Positions 1 to 13,456 of a stretch of DNA of 64,000 bases are shown one piece after another. The notes under the pieces were generated by a model, which saw nothing but the letters and a program-made list of their open reading frames with translations, had not been told where the DNA came from and ran no database searches. How positions within the stretch are numbered: position 1 is the stretch's first letter; every line of letters starts with the position of its first letter. The position numbers and the translations under genes are program-made. The stretch covers positions 20,894,001 through 20,958,000 of the forward strand of contig OZ024761.1 of NCBI GenBank assembly GCA_964016885.1, read 5' to 3'. The stretch is from Eledone cirrhosa (taxonomy: Eukaryota).

Positions 1-123
1 CAGAACAAAAGGCTTTTTGAAGAGAAGGAGAAGCCCCTACAGAAGAAAGTAGGGGAACTTCAGTCTCAGGTCCTGAAGCTTGAAAGGAAGACTATGGTAC
101 TGAAGAATGAGAATGAATCATTG
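1..123 (+). CDS. RIMBP2: RIMS-binding protein (RIMBP2/TSPOAP1 family) coding exon A; 5' boundary at or beyond the window edge
   Basis: Open frame QNKRLFEEKEKPLQKKVGELQSQVLKLERKTMVLKNENESL is coiled-coil-like and ends at the phase-0 donor TTG|gtaagt. It is in frame with the next exon. The first 'cag' could instead be the acceptor. Confidence 0.8.
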
Positions 124-244
124 GTAAGTTAACTTATTATTACTTTACAGTGTTATTACAGTGTTAAGTTATTATTACTTTACTGTAATGTGTAGTGAGT
201 GTGTTGTCAATGAAATGTGGTGTAGTATTGCTTTTACTCTTATT

Positions 245-782
245 CTCCAACACTTTTCTAGCCCCTACAACACCGGTATGGTCCAGCAACATTTTTATAG
301 CTTTTCTCATGATCTTAACAGTTTTTCGATGGCCTTAACAGTTCCTTCAAGAACTTAACAGTTCTTCCAAGGCCTAAATAGTTTCTCCAAATCCTTCACA
401 GCTCATCCAAGGCCTTATCAGTTCTCCCAAGACCTTCACAGCTCACCCAAGACCTTCACAGCTCACCCAAGGCCTTCACAGCTCACCCAAGGCCTTCACA
501 GCTCATCCAAGGCCTTATCAGTTCTCCCAAGACCTTCACAGCTCACCCAAGGCCTTCACAGCTCACCCAAGGCCTTCACAGCTCACCCAAGGCCTTCACA
601 ACTCACCCAAGGTCTTCACAGCTCATCCAAGGCTTTCACAGCTCATCCAAGGCCTTCACAGCTCATCCAATGCCTTCACAACTTATCCAAGGCCTTCACA
701 GCTCATCCAATGCCTTCACAACTCATCCAATGCCTTCACAACTCATCCAATGCCTTCACAGCTCATCCAATGCCTTCACAGT
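245..782. repeat. 20-bp minisatellite with unique leader; paralogous block at 3628-4170
   Basis: Unit ggccttcacagctcacccaa versus gcccttaacagttcctccaa. Both are preceded by ctccaacacttt...agcccctacaacaccggta. Confidence 0.9.
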
Positions 783-1835
783 TCCACCTAGCCCCCCCCC
801 CCCACTAACCCCCCCCCCCCCCCCCTCACTACCCCCTCCCATATCTACCAATACAGCATACAACTCTACAATCTATCTACAATGAACATTTCAACTGTCT
901 CTTTTAACATTGGTTGACATTTTGGCTTCTTCAGATTATTATAATTGTGATTTTTATACTTTTTGGTGTCTGTGTGTGTTGTGTGTTCACCGTGTGTGTA
1001 TCTGTGTATTTCTGTGTGTTTGTGTCTGTGTGTGTATCTGTGTGTATTTCTGTGTGTTTGTGTCTGTGTGTGTATCTGTGTGTATTTCTGTGTGTTTGTG
1101 TCTGTGTGTGTATCTGTGTGTATTTCTGTGTGTGTGTGCTATGTGTGTATGTATATGTGTTATATATATATGTGTGTGTGTATGTATATGTGTTATATAT
1201 ATGTGTGTGTGTGTGTGTATGTATATGTGTTATATATGTGTGTGTGTGTGTATGTATATGTGTTATATATATGTGTGTGTGTGTGTATGTATGTGTTATA
1301 TATGTGTGTGTGTGTGTGTATGTGTTATATATGTGTGTATGTATATGTGTTATATATATGTGTGTGTGTATGTATATGTGTTATATATGTGTGTGTGTGT
1401 GTGTGTGTATGTATATGTGTTATATATATGTGTGTGTGTATATGTGTTATATATATGTGTGTGTGTGTGTGTGTGTATGTATATGTGTTATATATATATG
1501 TGTGTGTGTATGTATATGTGTTATATATATGTGTGTGTGTGTGTATGTATATGTGTTATATATATGTATGTGTGTGTTAAATATCTGAATGTGTTTCAGT
1601 ATTGCGTCAGAGAAACTAAGTCAGTAGTTCACTTGTAAATTTCCAGTTCTGTCATATTCTATTAATGGTGAAGTGTGAATAGTTTAAGAGATGATATATT
1701 ACTGGTGCCACACTGCTTACAACTGTTTGTGTGGAGTTGGTGGGTGGCTTAGTGGTTATTGTTTTCCCTTCTTTCCATACACTACCCACGTCCTAACACT
1801 TCATTCATCATCCATGTCCTTACACCCCCTTGCCT

Positions 1836-2525
1836 AGCACCCAGTCCACACTGTAAAGTGGTCATGTAGGTGTCATGACAATAAGCACCCAGTCCACACT
1901 GTAAAGTGGTCATGTAGGTGTCATGACAATAAGCACCCAGTCCACACTGTAAAGTGGTCATGTAGGTGTCATGACAATAAGTACCCAGTCCACACTGTAA
2001 AGTGGTCATGTAGGTGTCATGACAATAAGCACCCAGTCCACACTGTAAAGTGGTCATGTAGGTGTCATGACAATAAGCACCCAGTCCACACTGTAAAGTG
2101 GTCATGTAGGTGTCATGACAATAAGTACCCAGTCCACACTGTAAAGTGGTCATGTAGGTGTCATGACAATAAGCACCCAGTCCACACTGTAAAGTGGTCA
2201 TGTAGGTGTCATGACAATAAGCACCCAGTCCACACTGTAAAGTGGTCATGTAGGTGTCATGACAAAAAGTACCCAGTCCACACTGTAAAGTGGTCATGTA
2301 GGTGTCATGACAAAAAACACCCAGTCCACACTGTAAAGTGGTCATGTAGGTGTCATGACAATAAGCACCCAGTCCACACTGTAAAGTGGTCATGTAGGTG
2401 TCATGACAATAAGTACCCAGTCCACACTGTAAAGTGGTCATGTAGGTGTCATGACAATAAGTACCCAGTCCACACTGTAAAGTGGTCATGTAGGTGTCAT
2501 GACAAAAAGTACCCAGTCCACACTC
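1836..2525. repeat. 48-bp minisatellite, ~14 copies, SINE-body-derived
   Basis: Unit gcacccagtccacactgtaaagtggtcatgtaggtgtcatgacaataa resembles SINE 42896-42945. Confidence 0.92.
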
Positions 2526-2907
2526 TATAGTTAAGTCGGGGGTTTAAGTGTTAGAAATGTCCAATTATGTCTCCTGGTTTCTTCCATAAGTTAAACTGGT
2601 TTAAAATACAACACTCTAACATAACAACTGGCCTGTCATTAAAGCTAGTAACTCTAACAGAGAAAACTACCTCCCTTCCTCCCCCTGTCCCCCTTCCAGT
2701 CCCCCCCCCCCCATATATTTCCACCTCTTAATAACTTCAGGTATTTTTAAAACCAAATTTAACAAGTTCAGTTTTGACTCAACAAGTTCATTCCTGCTGT
2801 TGTTTTAAGACAGCCACACATACACACATACAGACCAGCACACACACACACACAGACCAGCATATATACACATATATATATATATATATATATATACAGA
2901 CCAGCAT

Positions 2908-2950
<43 letters not shown>

Positions 2951-4993
2951 CCAGCATACACACACATATATATATATATATATACAGACCAGCATTCACA
3001 CATACACCAGCATGTATATACACACACACATACACACCAGCATAGACACATACACACACATAAACACACATGTACACCCAGCTAAGGTCACACACCAACA
3101 CACACACATGTACACACACCAACACACACACACATGTACACACACCAACACACCAACACACACACCAACTCACACACCAACACCAACACCTACACCCAGC
3201 TAAGGTCATACACCAACCCACCAACACGTACACACACCAACACACACACATGTACACACACCAACACACACACACCAAACCCCCAACTAAGGTCACACCA
3301 CCATCAGCAGCTGTTTTTGTTTGTAATTGTAGCTTCCATTTAAATGTTTTCCACATCAGCTTGTCTCTCTCCATTGCTATTATCGTTAGTAAATTCTTTA
3401 ACTAATCAGCTTGATCTATCTCGTTAGTCTCATCAATCTCGTTACTGTTAGCCTTAATTTCCTACCTCGACTCTTCTCTTACATTCTTTCTTCTTATCTT
3501 TTCTTCTCTCTCGATATATCCACAGCTCTCACACCCATTAGTAAACCTGTAATTTTAAACAGTTATTACATCATCATTATCTTCATCATCATCGTTATCA
3601 TTATCATCATCATCATCATCATCATGCCTCCAACACTTTCATAGCCCCTACAACACCGGTAAGGTCCTTCCTGCAAAGTTTTTACAGCTTTTCTCTGATC
3701 TTAGCAGTTCTTCCAAGACCTTAACAGTTCTCCCAAGCCCTTAACAGTTCCTCCAAGCCCTTAACAGTTCCTCCAAGCCCTTAACAGTTCCTCCAAGCCC
3801 TTAACAGCTCCTCCAAGCCCTTAACAGTTCTTCCATGCCCTTAACAGTTCCTCCAAGCCCTTAACAGTTCTTCCATGCCCTCAACAATTCATCCAAGGCC
3901 TTAACAGTTCTTCCAAGCCCTTAACAGTTCCTCCAAGCCCTTAACAGTTCTTCCAAGCCCTCATCAATTCTTCCAAGACCTTCACAGTTCATCCAAGGCC
4001 TTAACAGTTCTTTCAAGGCTTTAACAGTTCTTCCAAGATCTTAACAGTTCTCCCAAGGACTTAACAGTTATATCAAAGCCTTCACAGTTCTTCCAAGGCC
4101 TTAACAGTTCTTTTAAGGCATTAACAGTTCCTCCAAAACCATTATTGGTCCTCAAAGATCTTTACAGTTTGTCTTTAGCTGGATCATCATCATCATCATC
4201 ATCATACGTCCACCTTTCCCTGATTGCAAGGGTGGGGGGACATTCATGGCTATTTTTCTCATCCTGAAAAACAACTTGCAGTGTTTTATAAAGATTTTTT
4301 TTAGCTGAGAAAGTGAAATAGGTATCATGTTTCATTTATTGATATCAGATTTCCAATAGATATGGCAGGGGGGTGGGGGAGGGGGGGTATAGAACTGTTT
4401 TCTCTCTTTTCGGTTGGAAAATGTACTTTTCTTCTGTAAAATGTCATGACTAATTATATAATCAATAGATCGAGTAGAAATGGAACATCCATGTTTTTGT
4501 AGAAGGTGGAAGAGGATGAGGTAGCGGAGGAGGTGGTACGAGTGGTGGTGGTGGTGGTGGATGTGGTAGTGGTGGTGGTAGCAGTGGTGGTGGTGGAGGT
4601 GGTAGCGGAGGTGGTAGTGGTGGTGGTGGAGGAGGAGGATATGTTTGTGTTGGCATGTTTATCATCATCATCACTGTCATCTTTGCCAATGGGACTGGAC
4701 ACTTGACTAAATAGAACCCAGTATATGACTGGTACTTTATTTTATTGACCACCACTCCTCTCCAACCCTTCTAAAGATAAAAGGCAAAGTCACGATAACA
4801 TTCTCCTCCTCCTCCCAGTCCACGTTGGATAAGGGTTGGTTGGTGTCAGGAAGGACATCCAGTCGTAGAAACCAACACAGAAACAGTTCTGTATGAACAA
4901 GACATGGTCAGCTGACCTGGCTTATCTCACAGCGGAGCAACTCGTCTAAACCATGCTAGCATGGAAAAACATGGACATTAAATGATGATGATG

Positions 4994-5027
<34 letters not shown>

Positions 5028-5262
5028 AGTTGCTCTGGAAATATGGATCAGATTCTGTAGTAGTAGTAGTAGTAGTAGTAGTAATAGTATAGTAACAGTA
5101 GTAGTAGTGGTGGTGGTGGTGGTGAGAGAATGGTTTACCCTGGTAGACATAAAGAAATCGACATAGAAGGAAGGTCTCATTAATTTCATTGAATGGAGTA
5201 GAAAATCTTTGGAGTAGAGAATAGTCGTTTGATATATATATAGATATAGATATAGATATATG

Positions 5263-5494
<232 letters not shown>

Positions 5495-5599
5495 CATATA
5501 CACAAACCCACACACACACATATATATATATATGAATATACATATATATAGAGAGAGAAAAATGGATAGAAATGGTGTTAAATTAATGATGTTGATATA

Positions 5600-5679
<80 letters not shown>

Positions 5680-5922
5680 GATATAAAAGTTGGTGTTAAA
5701 TTAATGATGTTGATAACATTGATTTTATTATCAAAACTATTCTGTATTCTGGTATTCTGTATTCTGGTATTCTATAGACTTTCCTCAGTTCTAGCCTCAA
5801 TGACATTCCACTTATGTTTCTAATGACCATAAAAACAACACAAATGTCTTTCACTTATTTATATCCTTTAGAAATCTCTCTAAATCTGGCCTATTAAATG
5901 TATCGAAATTCAGTTTTATTAT

Positions 5923-6643
5923 ATACTAGCCTAATTACCCGTGCCTTGCTGCGTTCCACACATTTTTTTTGTAAGAAAATGATGATTGATTTTAAATCAG
6001 TGATATAATTTATGAAGAAAAACTCTGCATTTCAATATTACTCAATGTAAAATGTAATGCATGAAAAATTGGAAAACATTACTTTTTGTAATGTATCAAA
6101 TCAAATTTACATTATTAAATCTTATTCTTATTTTGTTTCTTGTAAATAATTTTTTTCAAAATATCAATTCAAAACTTTTGGGAATAGGCATCATATCTTG
6201 TCATTTACCTATGGTTTAAATTTCATATAAATCGAAAGGAAAAAATTTTCAGCGGGGATTTGTACCCCCGGGGAACTCTTTGATTAAAATGAAATATACT
6301 TATCCAAGTACCCTGGGCAATGTAATTTCAGAATCATCATCATCATCATTTTATGTCCGCTTTTCCCTGCTTGCAAGGGAGGGACGGGTCCTATTCAGCA
6401 CAGCATCTCTCCACTTGTCATGGTCCTTCGTCATCTCCACTATGCGCTTCAGCGATCTGGGGTCTGCTCTCACCACCTCCACCCATGTTTTTTGTGGTCT
6501 TCCTCTACTGTGTTTTCTTTCTACTGCCATTTCTTGATATATGGTTATGGGCGTCTATCTTTAAAACCATAGGAGGAGTTCGTGAACAAACAAACAGGAA
6601 CTACAACTTGATATATATATATATTTATAATGTAATATAAGAT
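5923..6643 (+). mobile_element. Helitron/Helentron-associated (HINE/DINE-like) non-autonomous element remnant, interrupted by an RTE tail
   Basis: Start atactagcctaattacccgtgccttgc, internal aaatttcatataaatcg, end gaacaaacaaacagg...tataagat. These resemble HINE-type termini (pattern recognition only). Confidence 0.4.
6333..6536 (-). mobile_element. Short RTE LINE 3' fragment, same family
   Basis: gtccgcttttccctgcttgcaaggg...cagcatctctccacttgtc matches the 52.3-kb copy. Confidence 0.85.
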
Positions 6644-6661
6644 GTGTTAGTTCTTTCTTAT

Positions 6662-7681
6662 CGTGTCCACAAGAGTGTCAGTTACAAAGCTTGATTAGAT
6701 GTGGTTCTGCCACAGCTGAATACATTGCTGTCCTTGTGTCCACAAGAGTGTCAGTTACAAAGCTTGATTAGATGTGGTTCTGCCACAGCTGAATACATTG
6801 CTGTCCTTGTGTCCACAAGAGTGTCAGTTACAAAGCTTGATTAGATGTGGTTCTGCCACAGCTGAATACATTGCTGTCCTTGTGTCCACAAGAGTGTCAG
6901 TTACAAAGCTTGATTAGATGTGGTTCTGCCACAACTGAATACATTGCTGTCCTTGTGTCCACAAGAGTGTCGGTTACAAAGCTTGATTAGATGTGGTTCT
7001 GCCACAGCTGAATACATTGCTGTCCTTGTGTCCACAAGAATGTCAGTTACAAAGCTTGATTAGATGTGGTTCTGCCACAGCTGAACACATTGCTGTCCTT
7101 GTGTCCACAAGAATGTCAGTTACAAAGCTTGATTAGATGTGGTTCTGCCACAGCTGAATACATTGCTGTCCTTGTGTCCACAAGAATGTCAGTTACAAAG
7201 CTTGATTAGATGTGGTTCTGCCACAGCTGAATACATTGCTGTCCTTGTGTCCACAAGAATGTCAGTTACAAAGCTTGATTAGATGTGGTTCTGTCACAGC
7301 TGAACACATTGCTGTCCTTGTGTCCACAAGAATGTCAGTTACAAAGCTTGATTAGATGTGGTTCTGCCACAGCTGAACACATTGCTGTCCTTGTGTCCAC
7401 AAGAATGTCAGTTACAAAGCTTGATTAGATGTGGTTCTGCCACAGCTGAATACATTGCTGTCCTTGTGTCCACAAGAATGTCAGTTACAAAGCTTGATTA
7501 GATGTGGTTCTGCCACAGCTGAATACATTGCTGTCCTTGTGTCCACAAGAATGTCAGTTACAAAGCTTGATTAGATGTGGTTCTGTCACAGCTGAACACA
7601 TTGCTGTCCTTGTGTCCACAAGAATGTCAGTTACAAAGCTTGGCTAGATGTGGTTCTGTCACAGCTGAACACATTGCTGTC
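6662..7681. repeat. 73-bp minisatellite, ~14 copies
   Basis: Unit tgtccacaagagtgtcagttacaaagcttgattagatgtggttctgccacagctgaatacattgctgtccttg. Confidence 0.95.
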
Positions 7682-8242
7682 ATAGATGGGGGAGTAATTT
7701 ATATAGAATTATTTGAATTGTTCGACCCTCTACCGATTCTACTGCCAATTCACCGCCCTGATACTAATAATAATAATAATACATTGTGTCACCTGGTGAA
7801 GTCAACAGTGGTGGCTGTTTTGGTGATTTGACTGTCATCACCACCACCATCATCACCATTGTAACCACCACCATCATCATCATCATCACCACCACCACCA
7901 TCACCACCACCACCACCATCACCACCACCACCACCACCACCATCACCATCATCACCATCACCGTCAATGTCACCTTCTTTATGAAAGAAACAGTAAACTT
8001 AGACATATTGTCTGCCACAGTAGGGAGTTTAACATATATGTTAAATATTGATTGATTGATTCGTGGTGGTGGAGGTGGTGGTGGTGGAGGTGGTGGTGGT
8101 GGAGGTGGTGGTCGTAGTGAAGGGGGAGGGGGGTACCTACCTGTAGAAGAAATCTAGGTCATGACACACTTTTAAAGCAGTCTTGTTCTTCCATTTTCTT
8201 TTGTATTACCTGTCTTGTATAGATTAACCCTTCCATTAACGC

Positions 8243-9495
8243 ATTTCTCAGGTGTGTTATTCAGTAGAGTCGTTAGTATTTCTCAGGTGTGTTATTCAGT
8301 GGAGTCGTTAGTATTCCTCAGGTGTGTTATTCAGTGGAGTCGTTAGTATTCCTCAGGTGTGTTATTCAGTGGAGTCGTTAGTATTCCTCAGGTGTGTTAT
8401 TCAGTGGAGTCGTTAGTATTCCTCAGGTGTGTTATTCAGTAGAGTCATTAGTATTCCTCAGGTGTGTTATTCAGTAGAGTCGTTAGTATTTCTCAGGTGT
8501 GTTATTCAGTAGAGTCGTTAGTATTTCTCAGGTGTGTTATTCAGTGGAGTTGTTAGTATTTCTCAGGTGTGTTATTCAGTGGAGTCGTTAGTATTCCTCA
8601 GGTGTGTTATTCAGTAGAGTCGTTAGTATTCCTCAGGTGTGTTATTCAGTGGAGTCGTTAGTATTCCTCAGGTGTGTTATTCAGTAGAGTCGTTAGTATT
8701 CCTCAGGTGTGTTATTCAGTAGAGTCGTTAGTATTTCTCAGGTGTGTTATTCAGTAGAGTCGTTAGTATTTCTCAGGTGTGTTATTCAGTGGAGTCGTTA
8801 GTATTTCTCAGGTGTGTTATTCAGTAGAGTCGTTAGTATTTCTCAGGTGTGTTATTCAGTAGAGTCGTTAGTATTTCTCAGGTGTGTTATTCAGTAGAGT
8901 CGTTAGTATTCCTCAGGTGTGTTATTCAGTAGAGTCGTTAGTATTTCTCAGGTGTGTTATTCAGTGGAGTCGTTAGTATTTCTCAGGTGTGTTATTCAGT
9001 GGAGTCGTTAGTATTTCTCAGGTGTGTTATTCAGTGGAGTCGTTAGTATTTCTCAGGTGTGTTATTCAGTGGAGTCGTTAGTATTTCTCAGGTGTGTTAT
9101 TCAGTGGAGTCGTTAGTATTTCTCAGGTGTGTTATTCAGTGGAGTCGTTAGTATTTCTCAGGTGTGTTATTCAGTGGAGTCGTTAGTATTTCTCAGGTGT
9201 GTTATTCAGTGGAGTCGTTAGTATTTCTCAGGTGTGTTATTCAGTGGAGTCGTTAGTATTTCTCAGGTGTGTTATTCAGTAGACTCGTTAGTATTTCTCA
9301 GGTGTGTTATTCAGTAGAGTCGTTAGTATTCCTCAGGTGTGTTATTCAGTAGAGTCGTTAGTATTTCTCAGGTGTGTTATTCAGTAGAGTCGTTAGTATT
9401 TCTCAGGTGTGTTATTCAGTGGAGTCGTTAGTATTTCTCAGGTGTGTTATTCAGTGGAGTCGTTAGTATTTCTCAAGTGTGTGATTCAGTAGAAT
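8243..9495. repeat. 35-bp minisatellite, ~36 copies, ending ~75 nt before exon B
   Basis: Unit tttctcaggtgtgttattcagt(a/g)gagtcgttagta. Confidence 0.95.
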
Positions 9496-9570
9496 CCTTA
9501 ATAATGTTGATTATGATAATTGTGATAATTTTAATTATGAAAAATAATTATATTATTTTGTTTTATCCAG

Positions 9571-9702
9571 AAAAGGAAACAAGAAGATTACAAATCTCGA
9601 GAAGAGAAACTCAAGTCCTTCCGTAAACGAAATGCAGAATTGGCGGCTGTTGCTAGGAGACTGGAGGACAAAGCAAAGATTCTACAGCAGCAGAATCTCA
9701 AG
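9571..9702 (+). CDS. RIMBP2: RIMS-binding protein coding exon B
   Basis: Acceptor ttttgttttatccag|, donor AAG|gtatca, 132 nt, phase 0/0. KRKQEDYKSREEKLKSFRKRNAELAAVARRLEDKAKILQQQNLK resembles the RIMBP/TSPOAP1 motif 'KRKNAELAVIAKRLEERARKLQETNLR' (recalled, not searched). Confidence 0.88.
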
Positions 9703-9894
9703 GTATCATCATCACCACCATCATCATCATCACCACCAATACCATCATCACACTCATCACCACTGCCACCACCACCACCCTCACCACTGCCATCACCACC
9801 ATCTCCACCATCAACTCCCTCACCTCCACCACAACCATCATCATCACCCTCACCACCACCACCTGGTTTCTATGCCCTTCCTAATACCTTAGAG

Positions 9895-11332
9895 CAGGCA
9901 TGTCAACCATGCGGCCCTTTACAGACACACCTGTGGCCCATGCAAAGGTTTTTACAGTGCGAGCATGTTTTATCTTCATAATATAAAATATTGTAATGTG
10001 AGCAATTAGTTATCATGTGGCCCTCAGACAACCCATTAGTTGTCGTGTGTGACCCTCAGACAACATATGTGACCCATGTGGCCCTCAGACAACCCATTAG
10101 TTGTCGTGTGTGACCCTCAGACAACACGTGTGACCCATGTAACCCTCAGACAACTCATTAGTTGTCGTGTGTGACCCTCAGACAACATATGTGACCCATG
10201 TGGCCCTCAGACAACCCATTAGTTGTCGTGTGTGACCCTCAGACAACATGTGTGACCCATGTAATCCTCAGACAACTCATTAGTTGTCGTGTGTGACCCT
10301 CAGACAACACGTGTGACCCAATTAACCCTCAGACAACTCATTAGTTGTCGTGTGTGACCCTCAGACAACATATGTGACCCATGTGGCCCTCAGACAACAC
10401 ATTAGTTGTTGTGTGTGACCCTCAGACAACATATGTGACCCATGTGGCCCTCAGACAACCCATTAGTTGTTGTGTGTGACCCTCAGACAACATGTGTGAC
10501 CCATGTAACCCTCAGACAACTCATTAGTTGTCGTGTGTGACCCTCAGACAACATATGTGACCCATGTGGCCCTCAGACAACCCATTAGTTGTCGTGTGTG
10601 ACCCTCAGACAACATGTGTGACCCATGTAATCCTCAGACAACTCATTAGTTGTCGTGTGTGACCCTCAGACAACACGTGTGACCCAATTAACCCTCAGAC
10701 AACTCATTAGTTGTCGTGTGTGACCCTCAGACAACATATGTGACCCATGTGGCCCTCAGACAACCCATTAGTTGTCGTGTGTGACCCTCAGACAACATGT
10801 GTGACCCATGTAATCCTCAGACAACTCATTAGTTGTCGTGTGTGACCCTCAGACAACACGTGTGACCCAATTAACCCTCAGACAACTCATTAGTTGTCGT
10901 GTGTGACCCTCAGACAACATATGTGACCCATGTGGCCCTCAGACAACCCATTAGTTGTCGTGTGTGACCCTCAGACAACATGTGTGACCCATGTAATCCT
11001 CAGACAACTCATTAGTTGTCGTGTGTGACCCTCAGACAACACGTGTGACCCAATTAACCCTCAGACAACTCATTAGTTGTCGTGTGTGACCCTCAGACAA
11101 CATATGTGACCCATGTGGCCCTCAGACAACACATTAGTTGTTGTGTGTGACCCTCAGACAACATATGTGACCCATGTGGCCCTCAGACAACCCATTAGTT
11201 GTTGTGTGTGACCCTCAGACAACATGTGTGACCCATGTAACCCTCAGACAACTCATTAGTTGTCGTGTGTGACCCTCAGACAACACATGTGACCCATGTG
11301 GTCCTCGGGAGACCCTCAGTTTGACATGCCTG
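9895..11332. mobile_element. Non-autonomous hAT/Charlie-like MITE with internal 61-bp satellite
   Basis: TIRs CAGGCATGTCAA (9895) and TTGACATGCCTG (ends 11332). 8-bp TSD ccttagag/tcttagag (7/8 identical, central TA). Confidence 0.8.
10021..11305. repeat. 61-bp tandem repeat, ~21 copies, with local 3-unit (183-bp) higher-order pattern
   Basis: Unit ccctcagacaacccattagttgtcgtgtgtgaccctcagacaacatatgtgacccatgtgg. Unit ends cycle tgtggc/tgtaat/attaac. Confidence 0.95.
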
Positions 11333-11503
11333 TCTTAGAGTATGTAGTGGGTGCTGTTTGTCGTGGCAGCATTACTGCCATCTTTACAGAGTGGACTAGG
11401 TGCTTTTCACTGTGACCTTACAGAGTCCACTGGGTGCATTTCATTGTGGAACAAGCATTGGAGATGCATTGTACTCACAAAGCACTCCATCTGACATTCT
11501 AAC

Positions 11504-11563
<60 letters not shown>

Positions 11564-11814
11564 CATACTTACATGAAATATATATATACATACACATACA
11601 CACTTGCATGAAATATATATATATACATATACATATATATATATATATATCCACAGAAATGTAAGTACACAGACATAAAACATTGGTAAATGGAGTTCCA
11701 TTAAGTTCTCTTAATGTTCAATTAAGGTTTAACTAAGAATTTTTGTTCATATTCGATTTTCCCATCCGTATGTTGGATATTAGAGCTGTGTGTGTTTGTG
11801 TATGTATGTGTGTG

Positions 11815-11866
<52 letters not shown>

Positions 11867-11874
11867 CGTGTGTG

Positions 11875-11916
<42 letters not shown>

Positions 11917-12083
11917 CGTGTGTGTATGTATATATATATATATATATGTAAGATAGGTGTTAAGTAGAAAGTGTAGTTTATATTTCAGTGTTGAAGAATT
12001 TATTATTATTCTATCTCCACAGTTCCTGCCATTCCTTCTTCTTCTTCTCTCTCTCTCTCTCTCCCTCCTCTCTCTCTCTCTCC

Positions 12084-12213
<130 letters not shown>

Positions 12214-12579
12214 ATTTAATAGATCTCTACCGATTTATTATACCTTTGGTTGCTGTTGTTGTTGTTGTTGTTGTAGAGATATATTTAAAGTAGAAAAAAA
12301 AAGAAAAAAAAAAGTAATTATTCTCGGATCAGCTTTCATCTTCAAATTGATTGACTTTCGATAAAAAATATATATGATCATAACCATATATATATACACA
12401 CACACACATATATATATATATATTCACATATATATATACACACACACACATATACTTACACACATATATATATACTTATATATTATGTATACACACATTC
12501 ATGTATACATACATACCCTGACACATGCATATATATATCTATATATACATACACACACTCACACATGCATATACACACT

Positions 12580-12615
<36 letters not shown>

Positions 12616-12759
12616 CATATTCTTTTTATGTCTGATTTAAAACATATTTTCATCCCTTCCCCCATTGTAAAGTACGATATAAAGTGCTACCTGCAATTAA
12701 TGACAGTTTCTCAATTAGCTTCAATTACCTGAGAAGTGATTCATTTGATTGGTTAATAG

Positions 12760-13100
12760 GTACAGACAAACAACAACAACAGCAACAAAAACACCTACAA
12801 AAGAAAAAACTCCAGAAATCAAAAATTCTTGTCTGACTGTTTTGTTGGAAGTCTCCAAGTGTCCAAGTCTTCTGGATTACCATTTGTTAGAGTGGAACTG
12901 TTCCTAGTTATTTATTGGTTAATATAGACAAACAACAACAACAACAATATAAACACCTCCAAAAAAACTATAAAAAAAATTCACCAAAAAATTCAGAAAT
13001 CAAAAATTCTTGTCTGACTGATCATCAATTTGTTTTATCGGAAGTCTCCAAGTCTCCAAGTCTCCTGGATTACCATTTGTTAGAGTGGAACTGTTTCTTG
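12760..13100. repeat. Local tandem duplication of ~160-190 bp
   Basis: agacaaacaacaacaac...cagaaatcaaaaattcttgtctgactg...gattaccatttgttagagtggaactgtt occurs twice. Confidence 0.8.
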
Positions 13101-13456
13101 TTATTTATTGAACTGTTGAGGAAAATACCAGCGATTAATTTGGTTTTAAAGTATTGTTTTGTGTTCTATATTGTTTAGAATATTGTCATCATCATAACTT
13201 TTGTCATCATCATCATCATCACCAATATCATCACCACCATTATCATTGACATTATGATCATCATCATCATCATCGTCATCATCATAACTTTCATCATTAA
13301 CATTGTCATTGTCATAATTTTTTATAAATTTATGAAGAAATGTACTAAAATTCTTTTGATCTGAAAATGTTCTTTTAAAACCAGGGGGAAATCTTATACA
13401 AAGTCAGGCGTCTTGTAGGCCAGCAAATATGGTACATTTAACTCTATCCAAGATAA

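Noticed and set aside
880-940. Minus-strand CTGAAGA...GAAA hammerhead-like spacing
   Set aside because: Stem II is irregular, stem I is 3-4 weak pairs and the copy is single, so it is compatible with chance.
1782-2489. 235-aa Cys/His repeat ORF (MTTLQCGLGAYCHDTY)n resembling a metal-binding protein
   Set aside because: Reverse translation of a SINE-derived 48-bp minisatellite.
6662-11305. Regular 35-, 61- and 73-bp arrays as possible CRISPR arrays
   Set aside because: Head-to-tail repeats with no unique spacers, no cas genes and a eukaryotic intron context.
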